DNA of 64,000 nt from an uncultured Gammaproteobacteria bacterium (GCA_947258795.1 CAMYJU010000007.1:129392-193391); one strand, 5' to 3'. Shown: positions 1 to 10,389, numbered from the stretch's first letter. Translations and numbers: made by a program. Notes: generated from the sequence alone by a model not told the origin.

Positions 1-1069
1 CCAGACCACCGATATAACTCATCAACAGCGGTGGTGCATGGGCTTGTCCATACAATGATGCGGCCAATTCTGAATGCAGTACGCCTCCCATGCCCATCGA
101 CAGGTTCTGGTCGATTACCGCGACACCTTTTTTGCACGCCAGGAGCTGCTGAAATATCTGTGCCGGGAACGGACGCATCAGGCGAGGACGCAACAAACCG
201 ATGGCGAAGCCTGTATCGCGTAATTGATCGACCGCCTCTTTAGCCTTGGTGGCAAACGAACCCATCATCACAAAAACATAATCGGCATCATCAGACCGGT
301 AGCAGTCTATGGCATCGTATTGTCTGCCAAACAACTGATTAAATTCTTCCGTCACTTCATGGTAGATCTCCAGGCTGTCCTGTGCGGCCAGATGGCTTTC
401 GTAGCGAAAATACGAATACGGTGAGCCGCCAAGTACAGCGACGGCCTGACTCAGGGGTGCGCTGGCGCGGAAACGGATATTTTCAGCATCGTAATCACCG
501 ACATATTGTCTGGCCAGCTTGCTATCGGGTATATCAACCGGTTCTCGCGTGAATGACAGGTAAAAGCCGTCGAGATTGACAATCACCGGCAGACGTACGC
601 GTGTATGTTCGGCAAGCCGGAATGCGATCAATGTACTGTCCAGAACCTCCTGGCAGGTGGCGCAATGGATTTGCAGAAAACCGGAATCCCGCGCGGCCAT
701 GATGTCGTTATGATCGGGTCCCAGGGTGATCGGTGAGGCCAGCCCGCGTGAAACATTGACCAGTACAAACGGTGATCGCCAGCCGGCTACAGTATATAAC
801 ATCTCCATGCCATACAGGAGTCCCTGGCTGGAGGTGGCGCTGAACACCCGCACCCCGGTACTGGCGGCGGCAGCGGCTGCAGTAATCATGGAATGTTCCG
901 ATTCCAGTGTTACCAGGCGTGCATCAAGGTCGCTATTGTCTATCCAGCCTGCGAGGGTTTCGATAATCTCGGTCTGCGGTGTAATCGGAAACGCCGGGAT
1001 GTAATCGCTTGCTGACAGGCGTGCGCCCCAGGCAGCGGCTCCGTTTCCTGTCAACAGTTTACGAGTCAT
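1..1069 (-). CDS. 2-oxoacid:ferredoxin oxidoreductase alpha subunit (PorA/VorA-like), 5' partial. The gene starts at 1069 and runs off the window start.
   Basis: Translating the minus strand from the ATG at 1069 gives MTRKLLTGNGAAAWGARLSASDYIPAFPITPQTEIIETLA...TGVRVFSATSSQGLLYGMEML, a typical PFOR/VOR alpha-subunit N-terminus. Its start overlaps the stop of the upstream gamma/delta gene as ATGA. Confidence 0.75.
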   Translation of the reverse strand, partial: MTRKLLTGNGAAAWGARLSASDYIPAFPITPQTEIIETLAGWIDNSDLDARLVTLESEHSMITAAAAAASTGVRVFSATSSQGLLYGMEMLYTVAGWRSPFVLVNVSRGLASPITLGPDHNDIMAARDSGFLQIHCATCQEVLDSTLIAFRLAEHTRVRLPVIVNLDGFYLSFTREPVDIPDSKLARQYVGDYDAENIRFRASAPLSQAVAVLGGSPYSYFRYESHLAAQDSLEIYHEVTEEFNQLFGRQYDAIDCYRSDDADYVFVMMGSFATKAKEAVDQLRDTGFAIGLLRPRLMRPFPAQIFQQLLACKKGVAVIDQNLSMGMGGVLHSELAASLYGQAHAPPLLMSYIGGL

Positions 1070-1998
1070 GCCCGTGCCTCTTCATTGTCTGCAGCCTGGG
1101 CGTCCTGTTCGGGGATGGATGCAATCGCATGCGGTGGGCACTGTGCGACACAGACCATGCAACCCTTGCAATGGTCATAATCGATATGCGGATAACCCTC
1201 GTCGTCAACATTGATCGCGCCATCGGGACAGAAGGTGCTGCACACCCACCAGCAGCGATTACAGTGCTCGTAGTCGATGAGCGGTCGCATGGTCCGCCAC
1301 AGGCCGGTCTTGACAGCGATACTGGTTGCGGCCGCATGTATGGCCGGTGCCGAGATGCGCGCCTGGTCAAACGGCAGGTCGACCCATTGCGGGCGCTGAT
1401 AGTCATGTGCCGAGACCACACTGCCTGCGTTAACGGTACCGGCATGAGCTTCCATTAAACCAAAAGCCGACAGGGCCCTGCTTAGGTTTTCTTCCACGAT
1501 GGCGTCACCCAGCTCAGCCAGTTCCTGTCTGATCGCCTGGGTCAGGGCATCACGTGAGATCACACCAAGCAAACGCGCTGCTGCGCCGGTACAGGTAGCG
1601 CCAATAAAACGTAACTCGGCACGTGCCTCGGTCTCGACCGGCAGGGTGAACAGACTACCGTTGAAGTTCAGGCGTTGTTTCCAGGTATCGGGGTCTTCGT
1701 CACTGTTAATCAGCAATACCGTGTGCGCGTCAATACCGCTTATAACACCCGCCCCTGGTACCGGTACCAGGCTGTCGTCGGCCACAATCACCAGGTCGGG
1801 TTGGCTGATAATCCCGCGTTCATTGATCGGGTCTTTTGACGCACGGACATAGGCAAATATCGGTGCGCCCCGGCGTTCGGCGCCATAGCGAGGCGCATCC
1901 TGCACCTCATAGCCCTGCAGAAAAAAGGCGGTGCCAAGAATGCGGCTGGCTGTTTTCATGCCCTGGCCACCGCGACCGTGGAATCGTATCCGATACAT
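1066..1998 (-). CDS. 2-oxoacid:ferredoxin oxidoreductase gamma subunit fused to a delta (2x[4Fe-4S] ferredoxin) subunit
   Basis: 310 aa. The N-terminus MYRIRFHGRGGQGMKTASRILGTAFF...YEVQDAPRYGAERRGAPIF is the gamma-subunit signature. The C-terminus carries two Cys clusters, CNRCWWVCSTFCPDGAI and CKGCMVCVAQCP, typical of the delta ferredoxin. Confidence 0.8.
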   Translation of the reverse strand: MYRIRFHGRGGQGMKTASRILGTAFFLQGYEVQDAPRYGAERRGAPIFAYVRASKDPINERGIISQPDLVIVADDSLVPVPGAGVISGIDAHTVLLINSDEDPDTWKQRLNFNGSLFTLPVETEARAELRFIGATCTGAAARLLGVISRDALTQAIRQELAELGDAIVEENLSRALSAFGLMEAHAGTVNAGSVVSAHDYQRPQWVDLPFDQARISAPAIHAAATSIAVKTGLWRTMRPLIDYEHCNRCWWVCSTFCPDGAINVDDEGYPHIDYDHCKGCMVCVAQCPPHAIASIPEQDAQAADNEEARA

Positions 1999-2067
1999 GG
2001 CGAATCCTGTTGAACAAACCCTATATAGAGTTTAGGTCTAGTTCACGATTCTGCCGAGCGGCGCGGG

Positions 2068-3201
2068 CTATATAAAATCCGGTGCCGACGAAAATAACGA
2101 AAATCGTCGGAAACTCATGGCCTTGTGAATACGTTCCAGGGCCAGCTCCATGGATGCCTCGCGAGGTAAAATGCCTTCCTGTTTAACCGCTTGCAGAACC
2201 AGGGCGGTATTGCGACGCAGTTTCTCTTCGATGGTCTGCATCGCCGCAGCCTGGCTGGCGCCCTGGTATTCCATGGCTGCGCAAATCACACCACCGGCGT
2301 TGGCGATAAAGTCGGGAATACATAGCACACCCTTGTCATGCAGGATTTTTTCAGCACCATGTGTAAACGGAATATTCGCACCTTCTACCACCAGTTTGGT
2401 ATTCAGACGATCGACATTCCCTTCATTGACCACATCCGGTCGGGCGGCAGGGATCCAGATATCGCATTCCACATCGATCACGTCATCGCGGTCCATTTTG
2501 GTCGCGTCCTCGTAATCGGTGACACAGCTACCTTCTGCTTTAATCGCGAGCAGGGTGTCGATATCGAGTCCCTGTGGATTATAAATGGCGCCACGTGAAT
2601 CCGCTACGGCTACCAGAACCGCGCCTTTGGCGGTCAGGAAGCGACTGGTATTTTTTCCAACCGCGCCAAAGCCCTGTACCACCACGCGAGCCCCCTGCAA
2701 TTCAAAGTCGCAGTATTCCAGGGCCACATCGACCACGTGGCTGATGCCCCAGCCGGTAGCGCCGATCTCATCCAGCGGGATACCGCCGATTTCACGCGGC
2801 AGGCCGACGACACGGCCAATTTCATCCCGGACCCAGGCCATACATTCCTCATTGGTGCCCATATCGGGGGCAAAGATATAGGTTTCTTCATTACGCAGTG
2901 CCCTGGCCAGTCCCCGGATCAGGATCTCCTTGTTCTTCATCGGCATCTGCGGGTCGCCGAATAAAACCGCTTTGCCACCACCATAGGGCAGGCCGGCTGC
3001 CGCATTCTTGTAGGTCATCGCCCTGGCGAGGCGCATACACTCTTCGGTGCTGACATCCGGTGCCATGCGCACACCACCGATAGAAGGTCCCTTGGCAACG
3101 TTATCGACAACCAGGATGGCCTTCAGGTTAACCGACGGCTCATGGACATGAATGACCTTCAATGGCCCCAGTTCGTCGGCGTATTTGAATATATCTTCCA
3201 T
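2068..3201 (-). CDS. Glu/Leu/Phe/Val dehydrogenase family protein (leucine/glutamate dehydrogenase-like)
   Basis: 377 aa. KGPSIGGVRM...AAAGLPYGGGKAV is the catalytic Lys/Gly-rich motif of the family, and GFGAVGKNTSRFL is the Rossmann NAD(P)-binding region. Same strand as, and 70 nt upstream of, the OFOR genes. Confidence 0.75.
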   Translation of the reverse strand: MEDIFKYADELGPLKVIHVHEPSVNLKAILVVDNVAKGPSIGGVRMAPDVSTEECMRLARAMTYKNAAAGLPYGGGKAVLFGDPQMPMKNKEILIRGLARALRNEETYIFAPDMGTNEECMAWVRDEIGRVVGLPREIGGIPLDEIGATGWGISHVVDVALEYCDFELQGARVVVQGFGAVGKNTSRFLTAKGAVLVAVADSRGAIYNPQGLDIDTLLAIKAEGSCVTDYEDATKMDRDDVIDVECDIWIPAARPDVVNEGNVDRLNTKLVVEGANIPFTHGAEKILHDKGVLCIPDFIANAGGVICAAMEYQGASQAAAMQTIEEKLRRNTALVLQAVKQEGILPREASMELALERIHKAMSFRRFSLFSSAPDFI

Positions 3202-3400
3202 TCATGTCCTCCAAATAATCGTGTTATCCAGTACAGACACTACGGAATACAGGGCACAGTGACACTATGGATCCGATCGATCAACTTTCAGAGTTTTCTT
3301 AATAAATAATATAGTATAGAAGCCGTGCCGACTTCTTGATTTAAGTCATATAACAGGCGTTCCTGCAGCTGAGTGGCGGTCTTTACCGGGCTGCTTCCGG

Positions 3401-4597
3401 TTATTCAACTGGTAACTTTATCGAAAGCAACAAGGCAAACAGGACAAAGATACTTGACCAGACCAGGCAGCCGGTCAGTCCCTGGATCTGATAAACCAGG
3501 CCGGACAGGATAGTGCCAACAAGACGCCCGCCAGCATTGGCCATATAGTAAAAGCCTACATTCATGGAGACCTTGTCATGATCAGACCAGGCAATTATCA
3601 GGTAGGAATGCACCGCCGAGTTGATCGCAAACACGATGCCGAATATCACCAGGCCGGTGACCAGTATCATGCGGGGCTGGACGTCGAAGTACAATGCGAT
3701 CGCAATACTGACCGGTATCAGCGACAGAACCAGTGCCCATTGTCTTGCGGTACCGCCATCCGCTCCTTTACCGTGGTGGCTATGGCGAACAAGGGCCGGT
3801 GCGCTGGCCTGTACGATGCCATAGCCAATAATCCACAAGGCCAGAAATCCACCGACCTGCATGAAGCTCCATTGGAATACCGAGTACAGATAGACCGGCA
3901 GAGCAACGACAAACCAGACGTCACGGGAACCGAACAGGAAAAAGCGTGCCGCAGACAGCCAGTTGATTTCAGCCGATTTGGAAAACACGTGGGTAAATTT
4001 CGGTTTCGCTTTCGATTTGCCTAGACCCGACGGTAATAGCCTAATCGAGACCAATAGTACCAGCAGTAGGCCACCTGACAGGACCGCGAGCGCGCCTCTG
4101 AAATCCAGTAACTGCAATAGCAGGGCGCCAACAAAAAAACCGGCACCTTTCAGTGCGTTCTTGGAGCCGGTCAGTATCGCAATCCATTTGAATAATCTGG
4201 ATCCACTGTCCTGATCGGGTACCAGGGTCTTGATGCTGGCCTTGGCCGACATCTTGTTCAGATCCTTGGCTATGCCGGATAGTGCCTGTGCAAACATCAC
4301 ATACGCGACTGATAACAAGGGCTCGGGCACCATCAGCATGGCCAGGGCGAGCACCTGCAGGGCCATGCCGATATGCATGGTCAGGTTCAGGCCGATGCGT
4401 GCGCCCAGCCAGCCACCGACCAGATTGGTCACGATGCCAAAGAACTCATAAAACAGAAACAGCATGGCAACTTCGAACGGTGTATAGCCGAGCAGATGAA
4501 AATACAACACCACCAGCATGCGGATAGCGCCATCCGTGACAGTGAAGGCCCAGTATCCAGTTGTGATAATCAGATAATTGCGTAAGCCGCTGTCCAT
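3401..4597 (-). CDS. MFS-type membrane transporter
   Basis: About 12 predicted hydrophobic segments. Internal start MDSGLRNYL at 4597 has a GGAG RBS. The longer ORF running to 4702 has an implausible Cys-rich leader. Confidence 0.6.
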   Translation of the reverse strand: MDSGLRNYLIITTGYWAFTVTDGAIRMLVVLYFHLLGYTPFEVAMLFLFYEFFGIVTNLVGGWLGARIGLNLTMHIGMALQVLALAMLMVPEPLLSVAYVMFAQALSGIAKDLNKMSAKASIKTLVPDQDSGSRLFKWIAILTGSKNALKGAGFFVGALLLQLLDFRGALAVLSGGLLLVLLVSIRLLPSGLGKSKAKPKFTHVFSKSAEINWLSAARFFLFGSRDVWFVVALPVYLYSVFQWSFMQVGGFLALWIIGYGIVQASAPALVRHSHHGKGADGGTARQWALVLSLIPVSIAIALYFDVQPRMILVTGLVIFGIVFAINSAVHSYLIIAWSDHDKVSMNVGFYYMANAGGRLVGTILSGLVYQIQGLTGCLVWSSIFVLFALLLSIKLPVE

Positions 4598-4852
4598 ATT
4601 TTTCTCCCGCCCGTTACCTTTCAGGTAAGCAATAACGTTGATTTCTGCTAAAAGATCGGCTGGTCGGGGTCGTTCACACTCATGGCATATACATACAAAC
4701 AAATCATATTATGAATCATTTGTTACACTTTTATGAATCATGACAGGAAAGTGTGTGTCTACAGGTGATGCAGATGCCGATTTACTAATAAAATGTAATA
4801 AATATTTCACCTGGCTGGCGTATAGTGAAATTTAAAACCAGCATTCAAAGCC

Positions 4853-6394
4853 ATGACGACCAGCACCTATAGCCAATCCACCCGCCAGATCCAGCTCAGA
4901 GATTTGCTCAATGATCTGATCAGTCTGAAGGAACGTGTACAGAGTAGCACAGAGGAAGAGATGGCATCACTGATGCTGGACTGGACCAACCGGGACGGGG
5001 TATCCAGTATCCAGAACCTGTTCAACTATATTGTCATGCGTCGTGAGGATCTTCGTCCCTTGCAGCTTCGCCTGGCAGACCATGGTTTATCTTCATTGGG
5101 GCGGGGTGAGCAACAGGTATTGGGTAATATCGACAGGGTCATTGATATATTGTCACGCGCAGTACTGCATCAGCCGTACCAGGACAAGATAAGCAGTATC
5201 CCGGTCGCCAACGATTTCGGCCACAGGTTGATAAGGCAGCGGGCAGCAAAACTGTTTGGTAATCCACCCGCCACCCGGTCGGAATACATTATGGTTACTA
5301 TGCCTGCAGACGCAGCCAGTAACATGAGCTTGCTGGAAAATCTGGTAGCAGGAGGTATGGATACTGCGCGTATCAATTGTGCCCATGACAATAAGAAGGT
5401 ATGGCACAGCATGATTGAAAATATCAGGCACGTGTCCAGATGCCAGAATAAGGAAATCCGCATACTGATGGACCTGAAAGGTCATAAAATTCGTATAAAT
5501 CGTGTTGTAAGCAATGAGGACAAGTCCATCGGGTCGGACAAGAAGCCACCAAGGGTATTCCTATACGATCACCTGGTGCTGAGTCAGGAATGTGACGATA
5601 TCGACTGGTATCAGGAGCGATTTAATGTACCGATCAAACTGGTCGTGGGATGTACCTTCCCGGATGTTCTTGATCGGCTCAACAGGGATGAAACGGTCTG
5701 GATCGATGATGGCAAGATAGGTACTGTGATAAAGGGCAGGGATGAAAATGCCTTGTTGTTGCAAGTTAACCGCGTTGGCCCCAAAGGGGCAAGAGTCAAA
5801 AAGGAGAAAGGGCTTAATTTTCCTCAAGCCACGCTTGATCTGCCGCCTCTAAGCCGGAGCGGCCTGGATGATTTGAAGTTTATTTGCAAGTATGCTGATA
5901 TGGTGGGATTGTCATTTACTGAACGGCCTGAAGATGTTTTGTATTTAAAAGACCGGTTAAGGCGAATTGGTAAGGAGAACTTGCCAATTATTGCCAAGAT
6001 CGAATCACGTCATGCCGTACAGAGGTTGCCGGATATAATAGCGGTATCCATGGCCAACAATATTGATCTGGGTATCATGCTGGCAAGAGGTGATCTGGCA
6101 ATTGAACTTGGCAGCGTCAGGATGGCGGAAATACAGGAAGAGATTTTATGGGTTTGTGAAGCTGCACATGTCCCGGTAATCTGGGCAACCCAGGTATTTG
6201 AATCACTGTCAAAAAAGGGAGTGGCATCTCGACCGGAGATTACCGATGCTGCGATGTCGGTCAGGGCGGACTGTGTTATGTTAAACAAGGGCCCGTATAT
6301 TCATTATGCTGTTTCAGTTCTGGGTGATATCCTGAAAAGGATGGAGGCTCATCAGGACAAGAAGTTTTCCCGCTTGAGGGCATTACATTGGTAG
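4853..6394 (+). CDS. Pyruvate kinase family protein with an N-terminal extension of about 130 aa
   Basis: 513 aa. MDTARINCAHD matches the PK active-site motif MDxARxNxSHG. IMVTMPADAAS and KIESRHAVQRLPDI are PK barrel-like. The N-terminal 130 aa have no PK counterpart. Confidence 0.6.
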   Translation: MTTSTYSQSTRQIQLRDLLNDLISLKERVQSSTEEEMASLMLDWTNRDGVSSIQNLFNYIVMRREDLRPLQLRLADHGLSSLGRGEQQVLGNIDRVIDILSRAVLHQPYQDKISSIPVANDFGHRLIRQRAAKLFGNPPATRSEYIMVTMPADAASNMSLLENLVAGGMDTARINCAHDNKKVWHSMIENIRHVSRCQNKEIRILMDLKGHKIRINRVVSNEDKSIGSDKKPPRVFLYDHLVLSQECDDIDWYQERFNVPIKLVVGCTFPDVLDRLNRDETVWIDDGKIGTVIKGRDENALLLQVNRVGPKGARVKKEKGLNFPQATLDLPPLSRSGLDDLKFICKYADMVGLSFTERPEDVLYLKDRLRRIGKENLPIIAKIESRHAVQRLPDIIAVSMANNIDLGIMLARGDLAIELGSVRMAEIQEEILWVCEAAHVPVIWATQVFESLSKKGVASRPEITDAAMSVRADCVMLNKGPYIHYAVSVLGDILKRMEAHQDKKFSRLRALHW

Positions 6395-6476
6395 CCAGGC
6401 TTTACAATAACAAATCACGTTTATGTAAAATAATATAACGGACTTTAATCCGATGTGGGAAAAGTAGTACCACCCA

Positions 6477-8066
6477 ATGAATAAAGTAGTTGAATTAAGT
6501 CTACCTCAGAATATTCGTATCGATGAGCTAGGAAACGAGCTGGCGAGCCATTTTTCGCTGGAACATGACGGGATAACAAGCGTCAGCCGTACATATCTTG
6601 ATTCATTCGACTGGCGATTATACAGGAAGCGATTACTGTTGTTTGCCGAGACAAGTTCGGAAGGTGTCAGACTGATACTACGCTCACAAGGGCAACCGGA
6701 CACGCAGCGTGTTCTGAATATTGACAGCATCCCTGTTTTTACGTCAGACATTTCGTCATTTGTATTTCGCAACAGACTGGAGCCCGTCCTGCGTATACGT
6801 GCACTGATCCCGCAATTAGTCATACAGTCCCGGGTTAAATGCTTGCTAGCTGTCGACGCCGATAACAAGACGCTTCTTTATATACAATTTGAAAATCCCA
6901 GACTGGCTCTTTCGAACGGTCAGTATCGTATGCTCGGCAAGCGGATTCGGCTGATTCCTGTCAAAGGTTACACAAGGCCTGCTGAGCAGATTCTCCGTTA
7001 TCTGAAAAAAAATTATAAATTTTCACTGATAGGCAAAGACGAATTAGATCAAGGACTGGAATTACTGAATGTTGAGCCTGCTAAATACAGTGCAAAATTG
7101 AAATACAGGCTCAAACCAGATATGACTGCCAGTGAAGCATTGAGGACGATCTTGCTCAAGTTACTGGAGGCCATGAAGTTAAATGAGCCAGGGGTCATTG
7201 ATGATATCGATACAGAATTTTTACATGATTTCAGGGTTGCGGTCCGAAAAACCCGGTCAGCGCTCAGCCAGTCCAGGCATATATTGCCCGATTCTGAAGT
7301 TGAAGCCTTCATGCGTGAGTTTGGATGGATGGGTACAGTTACAGGGCCAGCCCGTGATATGCATGTGTATCTGCTCAAGTTTAACGGATATCAGGCAGCA
7401 TTGCCTGAAGACATCCGGCCTGCACTTGTGCCCTTGAGGGAATTTCTTGTCAGAAAAAAAGGCAAGGAACACGAACGACTGGTCAAAGGTCTGCAATCCA
7501 GTCGATACAAAAAATTGACAGGGGCATGGCGACAATTCCTGGATACGCCTCAAACAGAAACCAAATCGTCTGCAATATCAAAAAAGCCAATCAAGGAGCT
7601 GGCTGATAAACAGATCTGGAAGGTATATCGTCGTGTAATACACGAGGGCAGGAATATTCGTGCAGATTCGCCTGATACAGAGTTGCACCGTTTGCGTATA
7701 AGCTGCAAGAAGCTTCGCTATCTGATTGAGTTCTTTGAAGACCTGTATCCTCGCTCCAGAATCAGGTCTTTGCTGGAATCGTTAAAACAGCTGCAGGATG
7801 TGCTGGGTGATTACCATGACTACTACATACAAATCATTGCGCTTGATCATATCAAGAAACAAATGTCTGATGCAGCGGAATTGTCGATTGAGACTGGTGA
7901 GGCTATTGACATGCTCATGGATGTTCTGCGGACAGAGCAGCAAGATTTACGCAAGCAGTTCAAGGGAAGCTTCAGGGCTTTTGCCCTGAAAAAGAATCAG
8001 GCGAATATTGAAAGCATTTTCGGGCAGCCTGGAAAAGGTAAAAAAGGTGGTAAAGGTGCTGCATAA
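6477..8066 (+). CDS. CYTH-CHAD domain protein (triphosphate tunnel metalloenzyme domain plus polyphosphate-binding CHAD domain)
   Basis: 529 aa. N-terminal CYTH-like region. HDFRVAVRKTRSALSQ, LHRLRISCKKLRYLIEFFEDLYP and LQDVLGDYHD are CHAD helical motifs. Confidence 0.65.
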   Translation: MNKVVELSLPQNIRIDELGNELASHFSLEHDGITSVSRTYLDSFDWRLYRKRLLLFAETSSEGVRLILRSQGQPDTQRVLNIDSIPVFTSDISSFVFRNRLEPVLRIRALIPQLVIQSRVKCLLAVDADNKTLLYIQFENPRLALSNGQYRMLGKRIRLIPVKGYTRPAEQILRYLKKNYKFSLIGKDELDQGLELLNVEPAKYSAKLKYRLKPDMTASEALRTILLKLLEAMKLNEPGVIDDIDTEFLHDFRVAVRKTRSALSQSRHILPDSEVEAFMREFGWMGTVTGPARDMHVYLLKFNGYQAALPEDIRPALVPLREFLVRKKGKEHERLVKGLQSSRYKKLTGAWRQFLDTPQTETKSSAISKKPIKELADKQIWKVYRRVIHEGRNIRADSPDTELHRLRISCKKLRYLIEFFEDLYPRSRIRSLLESLKQLQDVLGDYHDYYIQIIALDHIKKQMSDAAELSIETGEAIDMLMDVLRTEQQDLRKQFKGSFRAFALKKNQANIESIFGQPGKGKKGGKGAA

Positions 8067-8107
8067 GCCTGTGAGGGGATTTCGGTACGTGATTAAAGGC
8101 AGATAAA

Positions 8108-8857
8108 ATGATTGTATATGCCTGCTATAACATAAAGGGTGGTGTTGGAAAGACTGCGACCTCGGTCAATATGGCTTACCTGGCGGCGCAGGGTGGGGCG
8201 CGTGTACTGATATGGGATCTCGACCCCCAGGGTGCTGCAAGTTTCTATTTCAGAATCAAGCCGAAAATAAAAGGGAAGGCCGCCGGGTTGCTGGATAATA
8301 AAACACGCCTGGAAACTTATATCAGGGGCACGGATTATGACAATCTTGATTTGTTGCCCGCAGATTTTTCCTACCGGAATCTGGATTTGCTGCTTGAAGA
8401 GGCCGGAAAGCCACGTGGCAGGTTCAAAAAACTGCTCAAACCTCTGGCACAGGATTATGATGTTGTTGTTCTTGACTGTGCGCCGGGCATTTCCCTGCTC
8501 TCGGAGAGCATATTTAATGCTGCGGACGTCTTGTTGATACCAACCATACCGACCATTTTGTCATTGCGTACATTAAAACAGATTATCAGCTATCGGGAAA
8601 AGCACAGTCTGAAGCATCTTATGTTGGTGCCATTTTTCTCAATGGTAGACAAACGTAAACAACTGCATCGTCAGATTGTCGAGCAACCACCATCACTGGG
8701 GGCACCGATACTTGGTACCTATATTCCGTATGCCAGCGAAATTGAACGTATGGGGATTGAGCGTCGTCCCGTCAATACCTATGCCGGTTCATGTATTGCT
8801 GGCAGGGCGTATATCAGAATGTGGCAGGAAATACTGAGGCTGTCCATGACGCGTTAA
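8108..8857 (+). CDS. ParA/MinD-family P-loop ATPase
   Basis: NIKGGVGKTATSVNMAYLAA deviant Walker A and WDLDPQGAAS. Confidence 0.8.
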   Translation: MIVYACYNIKGGVGKTATSVNMAYLAAQGGARVLIWDLDPQGAASFYFRIKPKIKGKAAGLLDNKTRLETYIRGTDYDNLDLLPADFSYRNLDLLLEEAGKPRGRFKKLLKPLAQDYDVVVLDCAPGISLLSESIFNAADVLLIPTIPTILSLRTLKQIISYREKHSLKHLMLVPFFSMVDKRKQLHRQIVEQPPSLGAPILGTYIPYASEIERMGIERRPVNTYAGSCIAGRAYIRMWQEILRLSMTR

Positions 8858-9010
8858 TACCCGATGTCTCATGTCTGCCTGATATTAAAAAGACGCCGGT
8901 TAAGGTGGTATACTTAATATAAACTAGACTTACATATTGTTCATCCTTGACAGCCTTGATGATGGCTGCATTGTCTACAGGTTTATACCTGAAAGCAGAA
9001 TGAGTCGCCT

Positions 9011-10282
9011 ATGACCGAACTACAGGTCATGCCCTTTGCTCCAGGTGTTGCACGTGGCATGCTGTGTCGCAACCACGATGTCGCGCACGACAGCATTGTC
9101 ATCCTGACCCAAAAGGAACTGGCCGCGTTCAATTTCCGACCGGCCGGTATCGTGGTCGTCGATGGTGCGCCATTGTCCCATCCTATGATCCGGCTGCTGG
9201 GACTGGCTGTCCCTACCGTGATTATCTCCACTGAAGCGGCCTGTAGACTGGAAGAAGGTAGCGAGGTACTGCTCGATGGTACACAGGGACGAATAGCCTG
9301 GCCTGCCGATTCCGATACTGAGCCGGTGCAGGCACCTGAACCACCACCAGCAGGTGAACCAGTCTATAGCGCAGATGGTGTGGCAATTGCGTTACGCGCC
9401 AGTATTGCTGGTGTTGATGCTTCTGCGCGTGCATTGACGCTAGGCGCCTCGGCAATCGGCCTGGTACGTTCCGAGTTCCTGATGCCGGAGACCGGTCGCA
9501 TACCGGATGCAGCATACTTTGATGAAGTCCTGGAAACCATATGTGACCGAGTACGGCCATTGTCAGTGACCGTACGCCTGCCGGACATTGCCGCAGACAA
9601 GCCAGTACCCTGGCTGCCAATGCAGGCTGGTATGACCGGCCCGCTGGGCCTGCAGGGGATACGGCTTTATGACCAGGAGCCGGTTCGTGGCGTTGTCTAC
9701 GCGATGCTGGATGCTGTTACACATCTTTCTGATCGCTATCAGTTCAGGCTGTTACTGCCTTATATAGTTCGGCCTGAGGAGTTTCGTTACTGGCGCGGTG
9801 AAATAATACAACGAACAGGCAAGTCCTTGCCGATCGGGATTATGGCCGAGACACCGGCAGCAGTGCTGGAGATACGGAACTGGTTTGATATTGCCGACTT
9901 TGTTGCGATTGGCTGTAATGACCTGATGCAATGCCTGTTCGCGGTCGATCGTGACCTGCCTGAGTTGCGAGATTACCTTGATCCCTATGCGCCCGTATTG
10001 TATCGCTTCTTGCTGCAGGCGGCTGACGCAGCAGGCAATCATCTGGATAGGGTGCAGTTGTGTGGTCTGTTGGCGCAGATGCCAGGCGTGTTGCCCGTGT
10101 TACTGGGTATGGGCTTCAGTGCCTTTTCGGTCGAGCCGGAAATGATTCCCTATCTGGCAAACACCGTCAGAGAGACTTCCCTATCTGAGGCCCGGTTGCT
10201 CGCCGGGCAGGTCAGTGCCGCCAGGGAGAGTCATCAGGTGCGTGAACTACTGGGAGTACCCGCCTGTGATTCTGGCAGTTGA
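9011..10282 (+). CDS. PEP-utilising enzyme: phospho-histidine mobile domain plus PEP-binding TIM barrel, lacking a nucleotide-binding domain
   Basis: 423 aa. VDGAPLSHPMIRLLGLAVPTVI matches the GGRTSHAAIIAREL phospho-His motif of enzyme I/PpsA. C-terminal IGCNDLMQ matches IGTNDLTQ of the PEP-utilising TIM barrel. Confidence 0.6.
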   Translation: MTELQVMPFAPGVARGMLCRNHDVAHDSIVILTQKELAAFNFRPAGIVVVDGAPLSHPMIRLLGLAVPTVIISTEAACRLEEGSEVLLDGTQGRIAWPADSDTEPVQAPEPPPAGEPVYSADGVAIALRASIAGVDASARALTLGASAIGLVRSEFLMPETGRIPDAAYFDEVLETICDRVRPLSVTVRLPDIAADKPVPWLPMQAGMTGPLGLQGIRLYDQEPVRGVVYAMLDAVTHLSDRYQFRLLLPYIVRPEEFRYWRGEIIQRTGKSLPIGIMAETPAAVLEIRNWFDIADFVAIGCNDLMQCLFAVDRDLPELRDYLDPYAPVLYRFLLQAADAAGNHLDRVQLCGLLAQMPGVLPVLLGMGFSAFSVEPEMIPYLANTVRETSLSEARLLAGQVSAARESHQVRELLGVPACDSGS

Positions 10283-10389
10283 TGTCGATTATACAGGTGA
10301 AAGTGCATCTGTCGCAGGTGTTGCTTTTGACGACTGGACAGATGCAAACGAGACAGGCATCTATACCAGAAATACCGGGATGGGATGGC

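Noticed and set aside
3578-4585. Several plus-strand ORFs of 70-148 aa inside the MFS transporter region.
   Set aside because: They are antisense to the transporter, and their translations are basic and low-complexity.
10279-10389. Upstream extension of the RtcA ORF (MMSIIQVKVHLSQ...).
   Set aside because: It overlaps the preceding PEP-utilising gene and adds a non-conserved leader. The conserved RtcA N-terminus begins at the internal ATG at 10390.
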